Below, one piece after another: positions 63,801 through 64,000 of a stretch of 64,000 nt of DNA. Positions within the stretch are counted from its first letter, which is position 1; each line of letters starts with the position of its first letter. The notes below the pieces were generated by a model. That model had not been told where the DNA came from. It searched no databases and saw nothing but the letters and a program-made list of their open reading frames with translations. This stretch comes from Calditrichota bacterium (GTDB lineage Bacteria; Electryoneota; AABM5-125-24; Hatepunaeales; Hatepunaeaceae), in contig JABGPL010000011.1 in NCBI GenBank assembly GCA_018644935.1, forward strand, positions 482 through 64,481, read 5' to 3'. The position numbers were made by a program, and so were the translations under genes.

Positions 63801-64000
63801 CCACCAGAAGTCTTAGAACCAATTGATCCATTGTTAGTAGATGAGGATGCCGGACCTACAGTTGTTGCAGATCTTGATGATGTCTTCACTGATCCTGATG
63901 ACGATGCAATGACCTTTGGTTTCACTGGCGCACCAGATGAGATTCACATGGTTCTCGATGATGAAAATGTACTTTCATTTGAATCAGAATTGGATTACAA
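36864..64000 (+). CDS. Giant secreted repetitive surface protein (>9,045 aa, runs off the window end): ASH/choice-of-anchor-D Ig-like arrays, a repeated unassigned WGDD module and cadherin-like domains
   Basis: GAAGGT RBS, ATG 36864, signal peptide MERSAIVSVVLMFALLLAAGPVFA|Q. The same frame reads as coherent repeats at every point checked through 64000 (...ENVLSFESELDY). The ORF track lists no terminated ORF in this frame, consistent with no stop codon. Confidence 0.93.
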   Translation, partial: MERSAIVSVVLMFALLLAAGPVFAQHFVLDPTNGDTHTLFVASATIAGDDLIENDEIGVFTTAGTVRGLAVVEENGAIPEITVFGQGDEDGGFTDGEIMAFKIWDASAEEEMTAFVSGGAIITFTANDADAISLEVLDQHFQYQTTDAEHFLIVSLADIDGTSIAIGDEIGVFTPDNVCAGGYVITELDGGDLFPAGFSAYGGPTGFSVGEALSFRLYDSSEDTEHNANADWASFDAQTFLPDRVSPISRLFAYTNPIPAIRFSNASLDFGDVYLLDGESSSINLTILNNGFDDLTVNSISSNNNAFTFDFDDNAFVLAPGARRVFNITFVPPEAGNIEGVLTIDSDDPNDEEVTINMEGVGVVAEPATLELESDSNDFGSLNVGSESTWNMHITNTGYYNLIVNSIVSNEDAYETNFGGEPQVIAGGASLDVTVTFAPTLRGQQPATLTITSNHGGNLGVETVVNVTGYGNAPDIALDSAAVRFGGVIIDEEGTAVVTITNVGELNLTIQDVTIPGDIFSSDWAGQLVLAQNAEVEVTLTFAPTAEQDYQETMTITSNDPGNGSLEIPLTGTGDPYPPADLSIAVGDQNHNFGETTVNSDAEWVFPITNNGYLDLVISNITSDENTFTTDFPGGDGWTIARGQSQNVTVTFAPTEVGDRNGTLTITSNDQGQDGSTDEVTVAGTGVAEQLPQISTNPNNVAFPDKIIGESTTEIVTISNIGQLELTVSNVAIVNDAGGVFGVLYEGNAWDGNVVIQPAASIQVSVSFSPDAVQDFTGDLRITSDDRDDGTIDVELTGTGLVQPPPDIFVAQGDLSHNYGNVLFGTQTTWQFDITNNGYLDLVVDSILTSLGVYTTNLSEDGVTLAGGESTTITATFAPVAGVEYNGTLTIYSNDDNDNESPIRITVTGVGLAPRITVAPENVAFGDVVAGNSETSSIRISNPGSSALTVTEIQFNNNVFSGDLGGQQVIAVGQFIDLELTFTPTDIDDFEGILTVISDAENDQSLDIPLTGAGVSAFQFTQTGESTTLIINSGLINNEAMIEGDEVGVFTPDGVCAGGSVLGANGFDSPIGFSAWGDDLGTQDVVEGFTRNEAFAFRLWDRSTGTEYVAYENWSPEVVPVWTANGGPYVILELLGYDDPPPITRLSDSNLNFGDVYLFDGESSARDLTIRNIGGANLTIQSVVSDNDAFSLDFPNQIILQPDASTTVTITFVPPELGDISGVVTVTSNDPRNGEMTVNMAGVGVEAPAPDIGVNEESHAFGTIEVGSPLTWTLVVTNNGYEALVIDDVQSGNAAYTTDFAGDQVTLARLETMDVVVTFDPATAGDFNTNLTITSNNGGNANSEYNVALSGAAIAPDIAVTPSPVVFDDTIFGEEDTATLTISNDGAVDLVISSITIPDGVFSSDWADQQTVVPGEEYVLNLTFAPIAAQDYEVVATIASNDPVDGNLNVTLQGTGLPQPAPNLVIADEDLTHNFGEVFVGNGRTWQFTITNDGYQDLVISDIESNNNVFITNHPGGDGWTIAGGGAQVVTATFTPAAEQAYNGTLTVVSNDDGNANTRTNITVEGSGTFEELPEIDFSTLNVAFGDVIFGEAGNSSVVVTNVGDADLSVQGAVLVNNDDDNVFEMSWDGAEVLVPNASLTIDLTFTPNAVAAFDAILRITSDDADEASVDINITGTGVVQPPPEITVAEDDQTHNFGNVIVGQDVAWQFNITNTGYQDLVVDSILASNGVFTTNLSEDGVTITRGQSTAITATFTPIAGVEYNGTLSIYSNDDEDEQSPVVITVTGVGLTPNIVVAPENVSFGDVAAGATETSTLRISNTGGAALTVTELQFNNAFFGGDLGGQQVIAAGAFLDVDLTFTPNDIDDFEGVLTIISDAENDGDLTVNLTGSGVTAFQFTQTGDNVPIIVNAAFINNQAMVEGDEIGTFTTGGVCAGSAIIGVGGFNQALGFAAWADDDNTGNVVEGFVEDEAFEFRLWDRATGTEYIAFENWDSEEIPVWVSGGGPFILDELLGYDVSPPIIRLSDASFNFGNVFVFAGENSTRDLTITNIGGEDLTVQSVVSDNDAFSLDFPEQIVLQPEASTTVTVTFVPPDVNDFAGVITVTSDDPRNGEATVNMAGVGLEAPAPDLVVNDDVHAFGTIEVGSPVTWTLEITNNGYVALVIDDIQSGNAAYTTDFAGDPVTLARLETLDVVVTFDPETAGQYISSITITSNDNGVANSELAIGLLGSAIAADIAVAPSPVVFDDVIISEEGAATLTISNEGDVDLVISSITIPGDIFSSDWNAEQTVAPDEQYVLNLTFSPIAAQDYEVEATIVSNDPVDGNLNVTLQGTGLPQPPPNMVIANDDLSHAFGEVFVDNNRAWQFTITNDGYQDLVISDIESSDDVFTTNFPGGDGWTIAGSGGTQVVTATFTPSAAEAYNGTLTIVSNDDGNADTRTPITVTGSGTFEQLPEIELSSLNVAFGNIIVGEAGATSVQVTNVGDSDLSVQGAVLVNNDDDNVFGMSWDGAAVLEANASLTIDLTFTPNAVQAFDAILRITSDDADEGTVDVNLTGTGLTPPPANIVVAEGDLTHAFGEVALGAEGTWELQISNDGYLDLEIDEILSSHAVFTTNFPQEGATIAGGASATYTVTFAPTAIADYTETLTINSNDDQLVINVTGSGIGPEIATDPGSIAFGEVRLGNSGTETLQIQNTGGAVLTVTEVQFDNGVFTSNFDAEQTIDPDQSISIEVSFAPDNISDFNGVMTIVSDAENDQSLDVNLTGTGIAHFEYELTEQSHNIIVVEATIDDEQLAAGDEVAVFTPGGICAGSGSFVGPGESIGLAAWGDDLGTEPIEGFANGEVIYFKIWDNSAQAEYDAFADWTDGFSTPNWVNNGLGQIDLLSANSQPTPLLELSAAELAFGDVFVFAGESSTQELTISNVGNADLTVSNIVSDNDAFTTDYDQDIVIAPRESAVVTITFIPPNTGEIAGTLTITSDDANNAETTVNLTGTGVEAPAPDLALNANSHDFEIVQINSPEDWTMVVTNEGYQDLIVTGIASDNNVFSTDFAGDPVTIVKDASINVVVTFDPQTVDEFAGALTITSNTGGQEGTDTQVTLTGESIAPQIAVSPSPVVFDDTIFGEENQKVLTIRNNGAVDLTVTALTIPGDIFSSDFAGQVVLGQNEETAVTVTFAPAAEQAYNGVLTIESDDPLNGSLEVNLQGNGLAQPLPDLTIANEDLTHDFGNVLVDNTREWEFDITNDGYQDLVISNLESSIGQFTTDFPGGNGWTIAGGQSQTVTVTYAPDNDQLHEGELTVTSNDQGQDGSQVTISVVGQGTLEAVPSIAVNQESVAFGTVIIGEQGNATITVTNNGDANLNVTGVSIINDASGVFGFTWDGAAVLATNNTLEIALTFDPDAEANFTGDLRIASNDPENGVLIVPLTGAGQTPDPAEVSLSEASHGFGDVLVGDTDTWQVTIENVGYLPLTIDEIVSNNNVFTTDFPEDPVVITRGNSETYTVSFIPADVADYEATLSIISNDANSPTVINLTGSGVVPVIEAAPAQIAFGEAGLYDTQTVNLTISNTGGAVLNVTDVRIANDQEGRVFVSDFVEDQAINPDQSIEVAITFTPVAEDDYTGTVTITSDASNDQSLEIALSGSGVFPDPHYEVAQSADSHSIIVTEAILDGEDLVNGDEIATFTQDGLLAGAIVVIVGEDTGLAAWGDDTGTNDVVEGFASGEEMSFRYWDVSAQEEIEAEVSSIISGGINWSVNGFTILALSGISAPTPIITLDTESLDFGELIENFTSDLEFTITNIGVEPLVVSNIVSTDADHFTTDFDQEITLDPQASQVMTVTFAPDAAQLFEADIRITSNSPGRELKIVTVSGTGLVTPPPVLTLSENAHDFGEVQIGIPQTWDLTLSNTGYGTLNVSAINSSHEAFQTNLQDGGIDLGRNEQVVVTVTFDPQSVEVYDDELTIISNDNNQEGTETVVAIEGIGIQDGEPEVTANPAAIAFGEIVAGQSETVSLQISNTGSANLTVTNLLIGEEEFTVDFGGEQVLAPQGSFNVDVVFTPPDFQVYEGTLTIHSDDPNNAQLQVALSGEGVAPDEHYVVTQVADSHSIIVTSALLDGEDLVDFDEIGVFTPGGLLAGSSVIRIGEDIGMPAWGDDTGTQGEIEGFGAGEEMSFRYWDYSAQEEISAQVVSVNVGSLNWSVNGFTILSLSGISAPEPLIFVDPASLVFDDLVEFETSDLELTVRNIGVEVLTVSNIVSTDTDHFTINYDQEFTLDPEESRVFTVTFAPDTDQLFEAELRITSDSPGRELTTVPVSGTGLPTPPPLLTLSANSHDFGEVQIGIPQAWNITLSNTGYGTLIISEINPSHQDFTTNLQQGGVELTRNQTVVVSVTFDPQNEADYDETLTIVSNHNDEEGSETIVSVTGNAVAEGTPVISLNRGSIAFGEVLVGESGTATLRISNNGSANLNVTDLAIAGDVFGTDWGGAEVVAPQSSINVQVNFTPEDYIAYEGTLTVHSDDPQNAQIEIPLTGEGTRPPAHFEFVTTGENASVLINSATLDGESLELYDEISVFTPDGICAGATVIGEGNVDDPFPTALAAWGDDDQTNGVVEGFTAGEEMSFRYWDTSAEVEVEAFVDQIVVGGRTWNVDGFNVITLIANRAANPIINVTPATIAFDETVNGFTSVVEVQVSNIGTELLQVTNVVSADEDHFTVDFQNGFDLDQGEFYTLNVTFAPDAVADFNANLEITSNSVDGLEVVPMTGTGIAPPPQELTINPASLDFGEVLIGLPQTREITLTNIGYEDLTISQVVSDNAFFTTDFPNNDVVLARNVSTVLTVTLDPEEAIQYDGTLTVHSDNLGQDSQTEITVTGLGVTDGNAEISVTPDLVSFENTLFGQVSNATMTIENTGSAVLNVTDISADLNVFGVDFAGALSVNPNQTVTVDLTFAPVADQVYNGSITIASNAIDNESYNLPVVGVGILPAPHFEFTTTGDDASVLINSALLDGELLEILDEISVFTPGGLCAGAVVIGAENFDEPFPTALAAWGDDSQTEDVVEGFQAGEEMSFRYWDSSAEIEYEAFIDQIIVGGRNWNVDGFNVITLSVTTAETPIINVSPATIAFEETVNGFTSEVQFEVSNVGPELLSVTDIVSTDEAHFTIDFQNGFNLAQGAFTTFTVTFAPDAVDEFSAELQITSNSDGGGVLVVPMTGAGIAPPPQELSLSQNNWDFGNVQIGLPQTREVTFTNIGYEDLTINSVVSDNAAFSTDFPNNDVVLALNETQVLTITFDPDEAVQYDGILTVNSDNLGQQSQTDIAVTGVGVVEGDPGILVTPDLVSFDNTLVNQVGTSTIRVENNGAGVLNVTDMTTGGDIFGIDFQGAFSLDPNQSVTIDMTFSPTDEQVYNGSLTISSNAVGDEQYILPLVGVGYMIPAHFEFTTTGDDASILVNSATLDGESLVFSDEISVFTPGGICAGAVIIGADDINSLFPAGFSAWGDDSQTEDVIEGFAPGEEMTFRYWDASAEAEYPASIEEVIVGGSTWNVDGLNVITLGGSTVEIPDPHFEFVSTGDDASVLINTALLDGESLELYDEIAVFTPNGICAGAVVVGLENADDPFPTALAAWGDDSQTDEIVEGFTAGEEMSFRYWDVSAELEIEAFINEIVIGGRIWNVDGFNVITLGANTAETAILNVIPDPVSFDETVNGFSSEIEVEISNTGPEVLHVSNIVSTDPDHFSLDFSSELDLNQGEFSTFIVTFAPDAVSDFNADLQITSNSEGGGVEVIPMTGTGIAPPPQELSLSIAAWDFEEVQIGLPQTQEVTLSNIGYEDLTISQVISDNAAFTSDFPENDVILARTESTILTITFDPEEAVQYNGIITVHSDNLGEATQTDITVAGIGVVQGDAEIAVTPELVSFNNTLLGGSATSSVTIENTGAGTLNVSDMATDIEEFSVDFQNAFDLNPNETITVELTFSPIANRVYNGSLTIASNAVNDQEFSVPLVGVGYAPDVHFDFVTTGDDASILVNSALLDDESLVLFDEIAVFTPAGLCAGAVVIGADDINSPFPAGFSAWGDDPQTEGVVEGFSAGEEMTFKYWDVSAEAEYAATISEVLAGGNVWNPDGFNVITLGGTSRVPHFEFVTTGDDASILINSALLDNESLELFDEIAVFTPGGLCAGAVVIGADDIDSPFPAGFSAWGDDSQTDDVVEGFVAGEEMLFRYWDVSAEQEYDATISEVLAGGNVWNPDGFNVLTLGGTSAEPHFDFVTTGDDASVLINSALLDGQSLELYDEIGVFTPAGTCAGAVIVGSADPDAPFPAGLSAWGDDSQTDDVVEGFVAGEEMSFLYWDTSAEIEIEASISSIVFGGSVWNTDGFNVITLGAYTGDAPAISVSDVEFDFGEEIIGHRELRTLTVTNIGALNLEIEPFADIPGFLISPSADIVIEPGNVLDISVVFQPLEEIAYDAVLQLNSNAENLPQIDVSLVGVGIPGVLRWDYIETDISMSLEIENATIDDTPLVEGDQIAAFTVEGLCAGASAVPAQFPFTMEIWRDDPTTNDVDGFAEGEEISYLYWDEEGQREWTALATYVSGPEVFESDGASVIQLNAFSRGNRFSFIQTETTHSLIVNQALLDEASIEDDDEIGVFTPGGVCAGAIAFGAAYENPEFPLGIGVWNDDAGTDEVEGFVQGEEFSYLIWDYSAQADYEATAEYIDGLSVWTPNGFSVLNLNATSIADQTIALSSSDFDFGPVIVGNESTQQITITNEGDLDLTITEGSINPEVFTVSFEGQPGVPQTVLSANEELILDLTFTPDAGGDFEGTLEITSDDPLNAVVVVTLVGSGIEAGPPVVALSTDQNDFGDVIVGQFEEWTLSILNEGGADLEILDVTSSDVAFDFSGPTENNVVAGFSTELKVTFRPSAEAGFNGVLEISTNDEETPVVEVQLSGNGVVTDVQWPFTMTANNMSIVVTSATINGDELDNNYEIGILTPDGVSAGAAIIPVANPFPLNVNAIGDDGGTGEVEGFVADETLSYRVWDAAGRMEISAVPTYGVGEGVYADGGYAEVGLMVLFGLQENQHFQHFETDVSHSLAVESAILDGLPLYESDEIAVFTEVGLCAGASVITELGAEIGIAAWGDDAATENIIEGFQQGEAFEYRYWDAFAEIEISVDPTYIQGPEVYTDNGFTILSLNVDLDRRSSIVVIDDPHDFGQVEVLQSAEWRLNITNEGDGDLHLQNATIENDAFTAEFDDIWLNPGISTDLVVTFNPILIGDYAEVMTIISSDENNPEITIDLTGTAFYTPRANIVVSEESIDFGEVFVEARGEQTVTITNTGDANLIVARINTDSDLFTLDVSVLPLEFYWEFTETALTMDLTISEVLHLGDPLGVGNSVGVFTPYGQCAGFGTVAVDEVLAFTAYGDDPETEGIEGFREGEELNFRIWDDAESREYVADPTYNEGAGVFGDGTASDVGLNLEEFEAVIGIQNPVILLPGQVIEVVAGFEPDVEGDHAATLIIASNDLDAAEIELPLTGVGVLTPPQISLTEDAHDFGDVLVDEELVWNLELNNLGQQPLSITDITIEGEYFTRVFDGVFEIPRAGQVIVPVTFTPLDQGDVVGTIVIFSNDENQPEVTVSLNGRGTMPLLRVDPDAFAFNDVIQLVSEMQELTIYNDGNITLDIESLTTTNEVFWVEVDIPAEFNWVSVETDNSLVATIESAVIDGNSLIAEDYIGVFTTDGICAGYVQPAEFPVELTVYGDDGQNQEVQGFAAGEALEFRYWDASASSESVASADYSNGDGNYQAGAAHTLALTSFQGFAPLHADQILSIEAGGSHTVGVYFEPVEQIAYDETLTIESNNPVAHGGTELDIPLTGSGLNIDPIVLNPIDQVVVDEDPGVIVIGDLDDVFSDADGDAMTYTFAGNPDELNLALDGDNVLSFDPSPNYNNADGVVVTFTATDDDQGSVDHEVTFIINPINDAPVVVAPIDDLVEDEDPGDVIIADLDDVFSEIEDEAMIFSVEGAPEELGMYINQDNVLGINPVLDFVSPDAIIITVSAEDEQGLIGIDEFTVTINPINDAPVVLNAIDDQTVDEDPELTIVADLDVVFFDVDGDELTFGFVDAPQEINMAIDQDNVLSFNPNENYNLEDGVTITVSAEDIDGEIASDQFILIIVPVNDAPFVANEIAEINIDEDHGRYEVGDLNVIFDDVEGHAMRFSFAGAPDELNMEIDIITKILFFHADDNFNLPDGVDITITADDRHEGITDYVFRVVINNVPDAPIVVQQLFDVRFNEDNGMVIFPDMDDIFSDSDSEVLTYTITEGLEEFNLQIDEENVLSMNPDQDFNIDEGSQVTITATDDTDLSVAESFNIALTPVNDLPVAGDIDDIVVDEDSGFVVVADLDDVFSDVDGDALAYTISDAPAEINMVVDGDAVLSFDPDADFVIPNGVDITITGTDPDAETAEITFNLTITPFNDAPVVQAPFEDVSIDEDAGRVVVADLDDVFLDVDGDVLTYTFVSDIAELNVDIDDDNVLFFNPDENFNLAGGTDITVSAEDDDGEIVSDVVNIIVVPVNDQPTIITAIEDITLAENPGLVEIADLDAVFNDNDLGDADPDVLTFTFEGAPEEINMVIDNDNVLSIEPNADFNVENGVEITIVATDEADEFAQDIFVLIITPSPAEIFVSDDAHNFNLVYAGETADWEFQISNIGTGVLTIDAIELTTEYYTVDFDQPVDLQRDESLPVTVTFAPDGLGFFQDQITIFSNDNGNPEVVVNLIGEGNRSIIRVEPDEHDFGDVLAGSSTRRELEIFNDGNVDLDISDVTVSDEQFRFELGALREFDWEFIDTGINMNVVVGSADLDGEALVDGDHVGAFTSGGICAGSVPVAEEMFLTVWGDDPDAGGTQGFNENEEIEFRYWDDSARREIIAEPTFNGDEGTYQTGAFIVITLEAFTRNVPLELDPHVFVAPGDSYRVSIFFEPTLRGQYEESMTISTNDFGVPEQTVTLIANVLNSPPEVLEPIDPLLVDEDAGPTVVADLDDVFTDPDDDAMTFGFTGAPDEIHMVLDDENVLSFESELDY
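37635..60405 (+). repeat. Array of about 50 ASH/choice-of-anchor-D-type Ig-like repeats (~105-110 aa); two more at about 62795-63790
   Basis: Recurring I.V....(H/L)DFG.V......L.I.N.G...L.I..I.S....F........I..G....V.VTF.P...G.....LTI.SND.......V.LTG.G. Confidence 0.85.
60410..62795 (+). repeat. Eight tandem cadherin-like/tandem-95-type repeats (~99 aa); another begins near 63795
   Basis: Recurring PINDAPVV..PIDD..VDEDPG...IADLDDVFSD.DGD.L...NVL.F.P..NFN..G..IT..A.D with a period of about 297 nt. Confidence 0.8.

Noticed and set aside
37429-63925. Dozens of short ORFs in the track, mostly minus strand, across 37-64 kb
   Set aside because: Shadow or alternate-frame ORFs of the giant + strand gene; Ser/Thr/Ile-rich antisense translations with no recognisable motifs.
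36864-64000. Repetitive DNA as a possible CRISPR array or satellite
   Set aside because: The repeats are 300-2600 nt in-frame protein domains with synonymous divergence, not short identical repeats with unique spacers; no cas genes are present.

Overview
Bacterial genomic DNA, about 40% GC by eye. Proteins ending in 'YPNPFN' C-terminal sorting domains, a gingipain-like C25 protein and a FadL-type barrel suggest a diderm FCB-group lineage, possibly Calditrichota-like (inference). The first 36 kb hold about 25 housekeeping, envelope and proteolysis genes: S8, S41 tricorn, M23 and C25 peptidases, a hybrid histidine kinase, CobO/BtuR, NadE, TolC, an MFS transporter, TPR proteins and a GNAT. The last 27 kb (36864 to the window end) are one uninterrupted + strand ORF that the ORF track omits, presumably because it has no stop codon inside the window. 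It encodes more than 9,045 aa: a secreted, very acidic, nearly lysine-free giant with about 52 ASH/choice-of-anchor-D Ig-like domains, about 21 copies of a module I cannot assign ('DEIGVFTPxGxCAG..AWGDD..EGF..GE..FRxWD', three of them nested inside Ig domains) and a cadherin-like array, arranged in higher-order repeats. Other highlights are a candidate sigma54-dependent ~140-nt structured sRNA (14443-14609), a TGYGC-N7-GCRCA palindrome shared by two sigma54-like promoters, a TPR gene split by a 16-nt tandem duplication, and a candidate pseudoknotted intergenic RNA. Domain counts and boundaries come from manual reading and are approximate.
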